Part shown: one piece after another, positions 13,501 to 28,129 of the stretch | How the letters are laid out: every line of letters starts with the position of its first letter | Position numbering within the stretch: position 1 is the stretch's first letter | Assembly: GCF_009914755.1 (NCBI RefSeq) | Contig: NC_060927.1 | Direction: 5' to 3' (one strand) | Length of the DNA: 64,000 nt | Source of the DNA: the human T2T-CHM13v2.0 reference genome, Homo sapiens | Notes under the pieces: generated by a model | Told to the model about the DNA's origin: nothing | The model's input: only the letters and a program-made list of their open reading frames with translations | Database searches by the model: none | Position numbers and translations under genes: made by a program

Positions 13501-15392
13501 TAATTTACACATTCTTGTTTAAGAGAAACAACATTGGATTTTTTTAAAAAGGTATGGACTATACCTTTGAAAAAGTTGTTTCTGAGAAATATTTCTGGAT
13601 TTATTTTTTGTTTTAAATTTGGTCTTGGGTGAAGTACATTTTCTTCTTTGATAGTTCAAGTGAATCGTGTACCAACTAGATTTAAACTATCAACCTCTTC
13701 ACTTTTTTTTAGTAGTCAAGTTGATTAAAATGACATTAGTCAGTGTTCCTGAGACACTGAGCTGCACTTTAATCATTACTTCAATAAAAATACTTAAAAA
13801 CTATTAGACCATCATTATGTATGTCAAAGAAGTATTTGTTGGTAACATTCTATAAAAATGCTCATTCTTTAATTTAGAAGACAGCACTGTAAAATTGATT
13901 TCCTCATAGAAATATGCCTTTAAAAAATCGTTAGCAAATATTGACAGGCAACATTGGAACAATCGCCAAGGTTTTTTTTTAACAAATACAAGTACAAGGA
14001 ACAAAGAGAAGTTAATGTTCAATCATTTCCAGTGGGTAACCATTTTAAATTCATTCAGTGGATTTTCCACACATTTATGTTTTTTTCTTCAAGTATTTCA
14101 TCAAGTGTTCTGTTCTATGTGGGAGTTTCTATTGCTTCATAGATTCAATCAGTGGTTTACATGGCTATTAGTACCACAGCTTATTTATTAAATTTTTGGT
14201 TGAAATAGGCAGCTCAAACATGGGCAATTCAGCAAAAGAGAATCCTTAAAAATGTGCTCTCTGAAACATTCGACATCACAGTTGCTATGGTTTTCTTTCT
14301 TTAAAAAAAAAAAGATCTAATTTTAACTTGCTGTTAAATGTAACCAGTGAGACATTATGAGAAAAAAACACCTTGCTTGTTAGTCTACCAGTTCTTTTAA
14401 ATGTTTTAAAAAACACACTACAAAATATTTCTTCAATCCAATAATCATTTATAGAGTTCCTACTATGAGCAAGGTGCTGTGCTAGGTCATATGAGAGAAA
14501 CTAAAGATGACCGAGACAGGGGTCTTGGCATTGTAGTGCTCATAGCTAGGAGTGGAGGTGGAGGATGAAAAGAGGAGATGTTGTTTTACTAGACCGTGAA
14601 CTGCTGGAGAGGCAGAAATGTATCACAATCCTTTTTCTATATTGATGTGTAGTTTCTTCAGAGCCTGGAACATAAGAGACCCTCAATGTACATTTGTTAT
14701 TAGAAGGAATGTGTGTCTGAGGTGCTATATTCTACAGTATATGGTAGCAATAATGGACATACTTCTGTAAGAACATGGGACTGATGCAATTTCAAGATAT
14801 TTGGGAAAGATTTTGAGAAGAGGGACAAGTGTCCCTGTGCAAGCAGTTGCTCTTCTCTTCTATCTGAGAACCCTCAAGAAATGGTACGTTATTATTAGAA
14901 GGTAGAGGGAAATTTGCCCTACAATGTATTTTAAGAAATGCAAAATAAACCATCCAGTGTTATATACATAATAATAACAACCAACAGGTACTCTCAGTTT
15001 ATGAAGTTATCTCACTGGATTAATCCATTTGTTTCTGACAACAACTCTTTTGCATAAATATTTTAGCCATATTTTCATAATAAAGAAACCAAGAGGTTAA
15101 ACAACTTGAAAGACATTACCAGGAGAGTTTACCAAACCTGACTTGAACCCAGCATGTCAAATTCCATGCTTTTTAGATAATAGGATAATATAGTCCTCTG
15201 CATTGCACCCCAAGTTGATTGGGATTTGTACTTTCCTTACTTTAAAAGTTTTTTTTTTAACTTAGTAACAAGATATTTGACTTTACTGCTGCTTTACTGG
15301 GTGGCACTCCCTCTAAAATGATAACAAAACAAACTAGCAATTTATAAGTTAACTTGAATATGTGAATCAAATTTGTTAAGAAAGGTATTAGA

Positions 15393-15788
<396 letters not shown>

Positions 15789-16229
15789 TGATGTGGACAT
15801 AAAACTTCTACATGAATGGATTCCAGGGACTGAAACTTAAAATTGCCAAGCCATTTGCTGATCACTAAGCCACCAAATGAGGAAAATGGCATCAAAGCAA
15901 CTGTACTTCGTCGTATCTCAAACACTGACATTTGTCATGTTGGGTCAGAGGGAGCATTAGAAGGGAGACTTTATCATGATATTAAGTAGTGGAAAGGGCA
16001 TTCAGTTTGGAACTGCAAGAAAGGTTTGAATTCTCTTTTATTATTTATTAACTGCATGTTGTAGGACAAATAATACAACCTCCCTAAACTTTCTTTTCCT
16101 TCTCTGGAAATTGGGAATGATCGGATACATGAGAATCATGTGAGAATCAAATGAGATGATTTATGTAAGAGAAGCTGAACTTAGTAAGAGAAGAGGTTTG
16201 GTAATTCCACAAGCAGCTCCTTGAATGAA

Positions 16230-17660
16230 AATGCCTTGGCTCTTTCCAAGGTTAATTCCTTTTGTTTGGATCCTATCCCTCCAGCCTCTCAATGACTTTG
16301 CTGCTGCAATTGTCATCTTTCCATATCACCTCTTCTTTTGTTATTGGACTGATCCTCTTGATGCCTGCACTGATGTAGCAGCCCTTTTCTTTTAAGAAAA
16401 ACAACAACAACAAAAAACTCCCTTGACTTTCATATTGCCAAATTCGGTGGTCACCCCAGGCTCATATCTGCCAGATCTCATAACAGCAGTCTTCACAGCT
16501 GATACTCTCTGTTTAATGGAACACTTTCTTCTCACTTTGTATGACACCATGCTCTTCCAATTTTCCAATTATTTCACTCACCACTCATTCTCAATATCCT
16601 GGATTGGCTGTTCCTTTTCTCTTCCACCAAGAGCCCACATGGAGCCCCTTCTTTTCTCCAGCTACATTCTCTCCTCAGGTGATTTTGTCCAGTTCTATGG
16701 CTTCAAATACCATCATACATACCTAACTACCCGTGTTACAACTCTAGTCCTTATATCCTCCTAAAACATCAAAATTGTATACTCCTCTGTCCATGTGACA
16801 TCTAATATACATTATACATCTTAAATTATCTAATACATCTTAACAATACCAAATATACATCTTAACAATACCAGCGGGTCTCCTAATTCCCATTCTCTAA
16901 AATTGTCCCTGTCTCAGTCTTCCCATCCCAGTGCATGCCAACCACATCCCCCCAGTTGGCCAAGATAGAGCTTTACAAGTTATCCTTTATTCCTCTCTGT
17001 CAGTTAATCCCTATCCTACCATCCGTCATTTGGTCCTGTTGACTCTCCTTCCAAGGTCTGCCTCTTTCCATATGTATGATCAATACCCTCCTCCAGGGCC
17101 CATGATCTCCTCTCTAGATTATTGCAGGTGCTCCTCACACAGCAACCCAAGTCATCCTTCTAAATGAAAATCAGATCCCACCTCATTCTTACTAAAGACC
17201 TTTTAATGGCTGCCCATAACACCTAGAATCGAATACAATCTCTGATGCCTCTGCCTCCTTTGAAAACTCCTCACATATCTTTCCCCCTTGGTCTACTATG
17301 TTCCAGCCACCTGGCATTCCTTCTGTTCTGCTAATTTGACAAGTTCATTCCCAACTCAGAACCTTTGCACTGGTTGGGCTAGACTATTGTTTCCACTGTG
17401 TTTTTTATGTTATTCAGATCATAGCTTAAATATTTGTTCGCAAATAAGCCTTCTCTGATGAACTAGAGTAATCAGCCCTACCAAGTTGTGTATGTATTTT
17501 ACGTCTCTCCATGCCACTCATCATAGTGGTATTTACTTGTCTGCATTTCATTCATATTTATATTCCCCCACCAGAATGTGAGAGACTGCACTTTGTATAC
17601 TTAGTTCACTGCTATATACTCAGAATGTGCTCAAAACACAGTAAATATTTGTTGACTGGA
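16230..17660 (+). mobile_element. L2 (LINE2) long fragment
   Basis: Pyrimidine-rich L2 body (ctcctcaggtgattttgtccagttctatggcttcaaatac...) ending cagtaaatatttgttgactg. Confidence 0.7.
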
Positions 17661-18844
17661 AAAATTGATGATGGTATCTTATTACACAATTAATGAAACA
17701 TTCAAAAGTATCTTTTTGTTGTTGTTGTTGCATCACTTTACAAAAGCTGAAAATTAGGCAATCACCTAAATGTAAGTTAGCTTTTTACAACTTGGCTTCA
17801 AAATGGAAAGCTTCTCTAGGCGCTGTAGCATCCTGATTCTTTTTTCTTATTTTTGTTGTTTGTTACTCTATGTCAACAATATTTATGATGTGCCTACCCC
17901 GGTCTTTTTTATTGTAGTCTTTGTTAGGGAGTAAATAATTTATCTTATTCTTTGTTGACATACAGCATGGCTTATTCAGAACCAGAACCTTCAGAAAAAT
18001 CAGTCTTTTTTGGAGAAGTGATAATTGTACAACTTGCTATCCTTATAAGTGTGGTCCATGAGGACTCAATTGTATTTCTTCAAAATCCTTAACACAATTT
18101 GTAAAAACAATTACTCATTTGCTGTGGCAGGAATATGGAAGTAGAGGAAGTAATGTTTCAGCGTACTTTAGAGACCTTTGGCTACATTTCCTCTTAAAAC
18201 ATAAATGCAATCAGCTTGCCAAATTCATGAGCATCTTAAGACAAAGTTTGAATCTCGTTCTCTTTCTTTGCAAACACTGCTCTGTCTTCCTGTAAAAGTG
18301 ATCCAAGTTTCTATTTACGTAAGAGGCTGTATAGATGTGTAAAGAAAAAATAATTTCATTTAACTTTGGTCAACTCTTTAATTCTTTTTATAAAGTTCTT
18401 AATTCTTAGGCTTTCACGTTTGGTTTCTTAAACTATAACTCAGTATTGTAGAAGTATAGAGGTGAAGAATCTTTCAAAATACTCTAATCTGTTTATTTTG
18501 CAGAAGAAGTAATGAAGTCTTACTCAGGTAAAATGACCTGTTTATAGTCACATAATAAATCAGTGCTTTTAACCACATCTTGCAGCTCATTCAGAATTCT
18601 GTCTGCCTTACTCCACTGCATCCCACCACAATACACAAGGTAAATTGTTGTCACAATTTCCAAATGAAGAAACATATGTTGGACAGTTCAGTGCTTTGTT
18701 TGCAGAGATCCGCAAAATTAATGGACAGTAATATGAAGATTTCTTCTTTTGAACTACCCTTCAATTTAGTTAATTATTCTCAAACATGTTTTAAAGTTAA
18801 AGCTACTGAGAGGTGGGAAGTGCATCTTTTAAAAAATTCACAAG

Positions 18845-19750
18845 TTTTTATTTAAAATAATTTTAAGTTTACAGAAAAGTTGTACGAATATCAAGAACTC
18901 AAAATTGTGCTTTACCAATTTTAAACCTCTTGATCACATTTATAATTCTCTTTCCCTAATGTGTGTGTGTGTGTGCACACATGCAGAAATATGTAGGCAC
19001 ACACATAAAAACATTTATATTATTTTTGCTAAGCTGTTTGAAAGTAAGTTGTATACATCAAGCCTCATTACCCCTTAAAGCTTCAGTGCACATTTCCTAA
19101 GACTGAGGATATTTCGTTACTGTAGCATAATACAGTTATCAAATCCAGGATGTTAACATTGATATGATACTATTGTCTAATCTACAGTCCCTATCCCTAT
19201 TTTGCCTATTTTGTCAGTTGTCTCAATAATGTCCTCTTAGGATTTCTTTTTTCTCCAAGATAATGTATTGTGTCTCTTTAGTCTCTTTTACTCTGGAATA
19301 GTTCTTTCTTCAGCTTTTTTCTATCTTCCTTGACATTGCCAATTTTGAAGAGTACAAGCCAGCTATTTTACAGAATCTACCTCAATTTGGATTTTTCTGA
19401 TACTTCTTCATGATTAGATTCAGGTTAAGCGGCCTCAGCCAGAATACTACAGAACGAATAATGTTGTGTGTTTCTCAGGGTATCACATTTGGAGGCATAC
19501 AACGTCCGCTTGCTTTTCTTTGGTGATGTCAATTTTGATCACCTGGTCAAGATGTTATCTAGTTTTTCCAGAGTATAGTTACAGATTTTTCCACTTGCAA
19601 CTTACATGCAGTCTGTAGGAAGACACTTTGCGACCACGCAATTTCCTGCTTCCTCATCAAACTTTCCTCCCTCAATTTAGCATCCACTGATGATTCTTGC
19701 CTGAACCAATCTAAACTATGATGATTGCAAAATGGTGATTTTTCCTTTCC
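18845..19750 (-). mobile_element. Old L1 3' end (L1MC4/5-like), containing a short (TG)n
   Basis: tttatttaaaataattttaagtttacagaaaagttg...gatgttaacattgatatgatactattgtctaatctacag. Confidence 0.75.
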
Positions 19751-21049
19751 TAACTCATGACATCATAAGAGTACTCAGATGGAGGGCTAGTCACCATCAA
19801 AGTACAAATATTTTTAAATATAAAAATAAATTTTTAGCATTGGAAAGGAATCACAGGGCAAATCTGTTCTAACACCTTTACTCTAACGATGAGGGCTAGA
19901 GAGGCGGCACATCCATATTTAGTGGCAATGGCAGGACTGAAGTTGGTCTACAGGCTCTGGTTCCAGGCTCCATTATATCCATCCATAAAGTAAATCAAAA
20001 TTCATTTGTTAAAAACATAATGTCCTCAGCAGTTAGAAGCACAAACTCATGGCATAAAGTAGGCAGAATAAGGGTGGATCATATGGTGCTGACTTTATAT
20101 ATCCCTTTTTTTCTTAAGAATTTATTAATTAATTCAATCATTCATTTATGATTTACTAAGCAACAACTCTGTAATGACCTGTGTCAGTACTGGGATGCCT
20201 GTACTCACAAAAAGTTCATAGTTTAGTGGGAGATACTACTTTAGTATGCATCAGAATCCCCTGAAGCCTTCTAGGTTCCAGGCCCCACAGATTTTGATTC
20301 AGCATGTCTGGGGTAATGCATAGGAATTTGCATGTTTAGTAAGCAGAAGAGGGCTGTATTGAAAACACCAGAGGTTCACATCATGCAAATGGTTATGGCA
20401 TATGCTCCGCCTCCTGACTTTCCTACTCCAACTCCCACCGCTTGAATTGAAAAGTATTAGTAAAAAACAATACTGTCATAAAATGAATTTTAAAAATGTT
20501 TAACAAGGGTCAGATATTATTATAATTACTTTCATGCTTCTTTTGAAATACTAAATGCTAGAGCAAGTTTTCCCAGAAAATTACTTTTTTGGTAATGCTA
20601 CTTTTCTGGTGACGTAAGCATATTCATGATTAGCTTACTACAGAGGATACTGATATTGGTGGTCTGGTGAATCATGTTGGCCCCAGGCCAATGCATTCAC
20701 ATGCTTTATTTTGCTTAGGTAACACTGGCACCTGGGCTTCCACGGATGAAGCAGTCTGCCAGAAAGACAGAGGCTGCATTAGCTGTTGATGCTAAAGAAA
20801 CACTTTAAAGTCTAAATGGCTACTCTCTTGAAAAATACGTTTATAAGAACGAATTATTGGTAGACATTCACTCATCCATTTAGTCAATAAACTCTTGTTG
20901 AGTTCCTGCTGGGTAAAAATACAGGGCTAATTCCTGGGGAATTACAAAGATAAATAAAATGGATTGTGCTTCACAGGAACTCAGGAGCAAGAGATCAGAA
21001 ATGTTATCCATTTTTCTTGGGAGGACGTTCCAAACTCAAGAACCAAAGT

Positions 21050-21300
21050 AGCATGGAAGACAGGACATGAATTTTGGATTTGGAGAGATATGAGTTCAAA
21101 TCCTAACTCTGTCTTTTCTTTGCTGAAGAAACTTTCAGCCAGATTACTTAACTTTGATGTATCTTGGTTTCCTTACCCAAAAAACATGAATACTAACTAA
21201 TTCCTCATAGAGATGATTGAAAGATTGACAAAATAACATGTGTTAAGAACTAATGCATCATCTGGCCCACAATAAGTTCTCTGAAGAGGACAGCTATTAT
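21050..21300 (+). mobile_element. MIR
   Basis: gagttcaaatcctaactct...agattacttaact...cctcatagagatgattgaaagattga. Confidence 0.6.
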
Positions 21301-21871
21301 GGTGTTAAATATTGTGCTCTCTATATATCCTACTGCATGTACAGATTTCTGTGTATTCACTGTATTATATATATACTTATATATAATATTTATACATAAA
21401 ACATACTAATAATGTTTAATTATTGATGACTTGTTTTACATTGTGAAACTGTTTATACATAAACACACATCTGTATAATTTTTCTTCTTAAAAATAGTAA
21501 GTTGGCAATTAATATTTACATGAAAATCGAGTCAAGACATTTGTTCCCTGAGGATTTTGTGTCCTGAAGAACAGTCTGTACAATTGGGGAACACCTATCA
21601 CAAACAGGGATGTCTGACCTACCTTCCAGTGTTATCATACACCAAGCAAATAATGCATGATCCACTGGAATGGGTACACTACGGGTAATGAATGAATAGT
21701 ATTTTCCATTACCTCACAAATAGAACCTGAGGCATGAAGATGAGACTCCTCCTTAATTATTTGCAGAGGTTGAACTGGATGTTTATTTTCTTAGATCATT
21801 ACATATCACTGTAAAGTATCTTTTGGAGTAGAATGGAGACAGGTAAAGATGAACATACAAATCCTATAATC

Positions 21872-22174
21872 GCCCGGGCGCGGTGGCTCAAGCCTGTAAT
21901 CCCAGCACTTTGGGGGGTCGAGGCGGCGGATCACGAGGTTAAGATATCAAGACCATCCTGGTCAACATGGTGAAACCCCATCTCTACTAAAAATACAAAA
22001 ATTAGCTGGGCATGGTGGCATGTGCCTGTAGTCTCAGCTACTTGGGAGGCTGAGGCAGGAGAATCACTTGAACCTGAGAGTCAGAGGTTGCAGTGAGCCG
22101 AGATTGTGCCACTGCACTCCAGCCTGGCGACAGAGTGAGACTTCGTCTCAAAAAAAAAAAAAAAAAAAAAAAAA
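21872..22174 (+). mobile_element. AluSc-like Alu
   Basis: ggatcacgaggttaagatatcaagaccatcctgg; long poly(A); TSD aaatcctataatc / aaattctataatc. Confidence 0.95.
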
Positions 22175-24923
22175 GAAATTCTATAATCCCCAAACATCTC
22201 ATATAATACAGCTTTCACCATTGTCATTTTAATATTTTATAATCGTTTACAGTGCATTTTAACTTAACCCCTACACTGTCCTTCCTTTTACAAGTTGCAG
22301 AATAAACGCTCATTTTTAACACTTGAGAAACCATTGGTTGAGATTTTTCCATATGATTTGCCCGAGGATAAACAGCACAATGTTGTATGGCACTTATTAC
22401 AGAACCTAGTAGAGACAAAGATAGTAAAAAATGATCTGTTTATCTACATATGCATGTCAAGCCACTTCCCATCATAAACAGCTGAGCCAAAAGTAGGGCT
22501 CACCTAGTTCTTTGCAAGATTCTTGCTTTGACATTATACTAAAGATAATATAATTATGAAGTGCTTTCAAATGTAACCATTTGGAATTTGTATATACTTA
22601 TCCTTGGTAAAAAATAATAATCATTTCTTACTTGTATAGTGTTTTAGTGCTATTATTTGAATATTTCTTCTGAATCTTTTTCTAGGGTAAGTAACAATAC
22701 TTATTTTGTGGAAATGCATTTGTCTGTGAGAAAAATTAACTTCGGAATTAAGATAGAGGAAATGTCAAAATAGTTTAGAAATATAATTTTTTACTTTTTC
22801 AATCATGTTTCAATTACATTTAATGAAGATTTACAGGTTTAAGGACTACGGAAATATTTGAGGACTGATTGCATATTGATCATCCACTAATATTTCCCCA
22901 GTTGATCTCAGCCAAAGAAAACCATAAAGCCAAAGAACTGCTTGGAAAAAAAATTTTGGTTTGTGCAAAACTTTAAAACAAAGACATAGTTTAAAATTTA
23001 CTATTTTAACAAATGGAACCTAACAAAATACATCGTTCAAACAGTTACACGTTATACTCTGCTTATGGGTGGGATGGAGTAGTAGATCAGAACTTCTGTT
23101 GAGAACTAATAGAAAAGCAGAATAAAAGACCAAATCATTTGTTTCAATATAGCTAAGAAGGCTATGAAGAGGGTGTAACTCCCTCGTCAAAGTGAGCTGA
23201 CTTTGACAGGGGCAACTTCTAGGGGCATTTGCTAATCGTAGGCATGGGAAAGAGTGTGAGCATCTCAACATTTCACTGAAGGAGTGTCACTGGTGGGTAA
23301 TGTTGAAACCTGTAAGCTTTGGGTAAATATGTGGCAAGCCTCAAACACAGAGCTCTTTTACCACTCAGAAAAGAAAGCCAATTTCTGGGCATTCATGGGG
23401 CAGGATGGCAAAGTGGAAAGCCTCTGAAAGGAAAATAAAATTTTTGCGGTCTTATGAGACAAGGATCCACAGGAGAAAGGGCTTTGGAGAAACAGCACAC
23501 TTTCAGCTGAAACTCTTGAGAACCAGGGTAGACTACAGGTAGACTTCTTTGAGGGTTGCAGCTCAGCCTCAATATGAAACAGTCCCTAATTAAATTAAGA
23601 TGAAGTGCCATGTTATCTGCCTAGTGAAAGGAAGGATACATCCATTATGGAGGAAGATACATCATCGGGATCTTCTATAATTTTCTATACACACTATTCA
23701 GCACTTAAGGGAAAATCATTAAGTATGCAAAAATAAAACATCTCAAGATAACAATTAAAAAAAAACAAATGAAAAAGTAAACACTAGAAACCTACCTGTG
23801 GCTGATCAAGACATTAGAGCTAGGTAAGGAATTTTAAAACAACTCTAATTACTATATTTATGACAAGAGAGTGAGAAATGATAAAGAACTTTACCAGAGT
23901 TCTTTATAGAGTATTAGATTCTATAAAAAGAATAACAAATTCTAGAGTTGAGAAATATACTCTTGGAAATGAACTCATTAGATGGATTAAACAACACATT
24001 AGATACAGCAGAAGACAGATTTAGTAAACTCAAGAAACAGCAATAGAATATATCTAAATTTAAGCAGAGAAGTAAAATAATGAAAAATATTATTTAAAAA
24101 ACCTTTGGAAACATGTGAAACATAGTGAAAAGGTCTTAACAGAGTATAGTTGGATCCCTAGAAGGAACACAGAGAATGAAGCAAAAGCAAAAGAGAATTC
24201 CAGGAGGAATTAAAGAGTAATAGTAAAAGTAAATATGTAAGAATATACACATAGAAGTAAATATTGACTGTTGTCACTTGACTGCATAAGACAATAATAG
24301 AAATGTCTCTACAGGATTTAAAACCTAGGCAGAATTAAAAAGAATGGCAACAATGATGCAAAAGTTGTGAGAGTGTAAACAGAGTTAAAGTATTCTAATG
24401 TTACAAAATTATTAGGAGTTTGGTAAAAATAATCATCTGTATTAGATTGGAAGAAGTCAAGGATTCATGTTTAATTTGTAAGGTAGAAGCTGGGGAATAT
24501 AAAATATAAACTAATATATAATTAACAAATTAATGTAACAAAAAATTAAAATATTTTTGGATTAACCCCAAAGAGGAGAGAAATAAAAGGGATCAAATAT
24601 AAAACGGATAGCAATGCGGTAGACATAAACCAAAATCTATCAGCAATTACTTCAGATTTAAAAGAACTCAATATTCTAATTCAGAGACCAAGATTACTAC
24701 CCCCAACTCAGAGACCAAGATGGTCTCACAGGAAACAATTACTACCCCCAACTCTATAGTGCTTAAGAAAGCTACACCTTAAATATGAGAACACAGAGAA
24801 GTTGAAAATAAAACCATGAAGAAAGATACAGCATGCAAACATCAACCAAGATAAGGGATGGCTCAACTAATAATCAGACAAAGTGGACTTTATGGAAAGA
24901 AGCATTACTAGAAATACAGAAGG

Positions 24924-25395
24924 TATGTTATTTATTGATTTATTGTTCCTCAGCTCCAAACCCACCCATCACTCTGTATTGTGATACTGGAACTGAAACC
25001 TGCAGACTACATTTTTATTTTTCCAGCTGGTTGAAAGTTAGGCTCTGCCAATAGAGGGTACTGGAGAAACACTGCAAAGCTGAAAGGGGAAGAAGGGACA
25101 TTTCCTTCTTGGAATTTTCTGTTTCTGCCAGCAGCAAATGTTTCTGTTTGTAGGGGTCTAGGCAGCCTTTACCAATGTGGTGGTGGCCCGCACAGTCAGT
25201 GCAGGTATTCTTTTGCCAAATTTCTTCATCACCACAGCCATGTTGTTCTCCTGGTTCTGAGATAAGTGAACCCTATCTTAGTGACTTCCCCCGGCCACAC
25301 TCTCTCCTCAGAGATCTGAATCTTAGCCTTGTGGGACCTCCTCTGAGCTTCCAAGTTACTTACTTGTTCGTGTCCCCTCATCCCTAAGGATGCTA
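24924..25395 (+). mobile_element. LTR41-like ERVL solo LTR
   Basis: tgttattt...cagctccaaacccaccc...ctacattt...gttaggctctgccaatagagggtactggagaaacactgcaaagctg. Confidence 0.65.
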
Positions 25396-26009
25396 TAGGG
25401 AACTAAGGAGAAGACAGCACAATTTAAATCTGTCTTCAGTGAATAACAAGGCTTTTACGTACATAAAATATAAAAAAATTGATGAATACAAGGAGAAATT
25501 GACAAATCTCCAATTATAGTGGGAAATTGTAACACAACTCTGTCAAAGGCTGATGGAATTTCAGACAAAAAAAGAAAGAAAGGAAAAAGGAAAGAAAAAA
25601 CTTTCAAGAACATAGGAGCTCTGTGTAACATAAGCCACAAACTTGGCTTAATAGACATATGTCAAATCCTGTAACAAAGAACATCAGAATGTACATTCTT
25701 TTCAAGTGTACCTGCAACTTTTACCAAAATTAACCATAGCTCACTCATAAGTCAAGCCACCACAAATTTCACATTTTATATGGAAAAAAAAGGGCCAAGA
25801 ATAGCCATGTTAATCTTGAAGAAGAACAAAGCTGACAGACTTGGCCGGATATTGAGAATTACTATAAATAAAGCTATAGTAAGGAGGCAGCATGGCTTTG
25901 ATGCAAGGATAAATTACACCACCTGAAAAGAATAAAAAGTCCAGTAGTAGACCTACATATAAATGTTCATTTAATTTATGACAAGAGTGACCCTGGCACA
26001 CAATGGGGG

Positions 26010-26537
26010 TGCTGTGTCTTAAGCATGTCCCCTAAAAGTTCATGTGTTGGAAGCCTGATTTTCACCTTGATGCAGCAGTGTGGGGAGGTGAGGTCTAGTG
26101 GGAGGTGTTTGAGTCATGAATAGATTAATGCTGAGTGAGTGAGGGAGTAAATTCTTGTAATCCCAGCTACTCAAGAGGCTGAGGCAGGAGGATCACTTGA
26201 ACCCGGGAGGAGGAGGTTGCAATGAGCTAAGATTGCACCACTGCACTCCGGCCTGGGTGACAGAGCAAGACTCTGCCTCAAAAAAGAAAAAAAAAAGTAA
26301 GCCATTGTAAAGCAAGGCTGCCTCGCATGTTTGGTCTTCCTTTTGCATATCTGCTTCCTCTTTGCTTCTTTGCCACGTGGTAATGCAGCATGAGTTCCTC
26401 ACCAGAAACAGCAGATGCTGGTGCCATGTTTCCTGGACTTCCCAGCCTCCAGAATTGTAAGCCAAATAAACTTATTTTTAAAATAAATTACCCAGTCTCA
26501 GGTATTCTGCTATAGCAACAGAAAACAGAATAAGTCA
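26010..26537 (+). mobile_element. MST-family (ERVL-MaLR) solo LTR interrupted by an Alu
   Basis: aaagttcatgtgttggaa...cagatgctggtgccatg...ccagcctccagaattgtaagccaaataaac...tatagcaacagaaaacaga. Confidence 0.8.
26155..26296 (+). mobile_element. Alu right arm only (5'-truncated)
   Basis: tgtaatcccagctactc...actctgcctcaaaaagaaaaaaaaaa. Confidence 0.9.
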
Positions 26538-28129
26538 AAAACTAGAATCATGGCTTTTTAAATAAATGGTGCTGGCCTAAATCAAATGCAGCGAATAAAT
26601 TTTGATACCTATCTTACATAATGCACAAAAATCAATTCCAAATACATTGCAACAGTAAATGTAAAAAAAACAACATTAATGCTTTTAAAAGAAAATGGAT
26701 GATTTTATGACTTGGATAGGCAAGGATTTCTTGAACAGAACATACAAATAAAAAATTGGATTATATTATACATAATAATTTTTGTTCATCAAAACACATC
26801 TTTAAAAATGAAATGACAATTCGTAGAATAAAAGAAAATATCTGTAGTACATATATTTGATGTGGACTTGTATCCAGAATATATAAAGGAGTTCTGTGAA
26901 AGAAGACAGAAGAAGACCCAGTAGAGAAGTGGGCTAAACGTTTTAATAGACATATCACAAAAGATGATCTCCAAATGGTCAGTAAACTCTTGAAAGAGTT
27001 ATTAACTCCCATTAGTCATCAATGGAATGCAAAGTGAAACCACAGGTTGATACCACAGCAAATCCACCAGAAGGCCAAAATTAAGAAGACAGACAATACC
27101 TAGTATTGGCAAGTATATGGCATAAGTGGAGCTTTTACACAAAGCAGATATAAATGTAAGATGGTACAACCAATTTGGAAAGCTGTTTGGCAGCATCTGC
27201 TTCCTCCTATATCCTGTACTGGCAGATTTTTTCCTATATACCCAGCAGAAATGCATACAAGAACGTTCACAGTAGCACTATTCACAACAACGTAATAACA
27301 TAATAACATTGAAAACATTCCAAATGCCCATGAATCATAGAAAAGATAAAAATATTGTGGTATATTTATACAATGGAAAAATATTATTAGCAGTGAGAAT
27401 AAAGGAACTACAACTACAAGCAACCACATGGAAGAATCTCACAAATAAAACATGGAGTGAAAGAAGCCAGATACAAAAGAATACATATTATATGATTCAT
27501 TTAAATAAAGATTAAATTTAGGCAAAACTGATTTGTGCTGTTAGATGTCAGATTTGTGGTTGCCCTTGAGACAGTGAGTAGTAACTCGAATGGAACAGGG
27601 GGAGCTCCTGGGCTTACTGGTACCATCATTTCTGGATCTGAGAGCTGGTTACACCAATGTGTTCATTTGATTAAATCTGTCTTCATTTGTGCCTTTTACC
27701 AAATGTATGTTATGCATCGATAAAAAGTTTACATTAAGAAAATCAATCAAGACAGCTTGAAATTTTACATACAAAGACTCTGAGTTTTCCTAAGGCAAGT
27801 TTTGCCTAAACACATGCCCCCTACTCCCTTATCTACAACCTTTGCATTGTCTAAGAATATAAGCAAGAAGGCAGGGTAAGGATTTGATAGTTAGGAGGTG
27901 TTTTCTTCAAAATTCTCCAGGAGGGTAAAACCACACAAAACAAATGAAATGCAGTTGATGTTAGCGGCTTGGAAATTATCAGACTGTGTGTGTGGTAGAT
28001 AGACTGAAAGAGATTCCATGATTACATTTCTGAGGGTTCCAAACACCAGGGCAAACAGCACTGAACATGTAGCAGTTGCTTGCTTTCATTGTCATAATTA
28101 TTATTTTTTACTTTTATTTTTATGCTATC

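Larger units (their letters stand above)
23560..27740 (+). mobile_element. Highly decayed old L1 (L1M/L1ME type), with ORF1, ORF2 and 3'UTR remnants, interrupted by LTR41, MST and Alu
   Basis: A-rich sense strand; ORF2-like pieces (ggagaaattgacaaatctccaattatagtggg; ctataaataaagctatagtaa); 3' end gaagaatctcacaaa...gagtgaaagaagccagatacaaaagaatacata. Confidence 0.75.

Noticed and set aside
14281-14294. RFX X-box-like GTTGCTATGG in intron 1
   Set aside because: Only one half-site matches; expected by chance in 64 kb.
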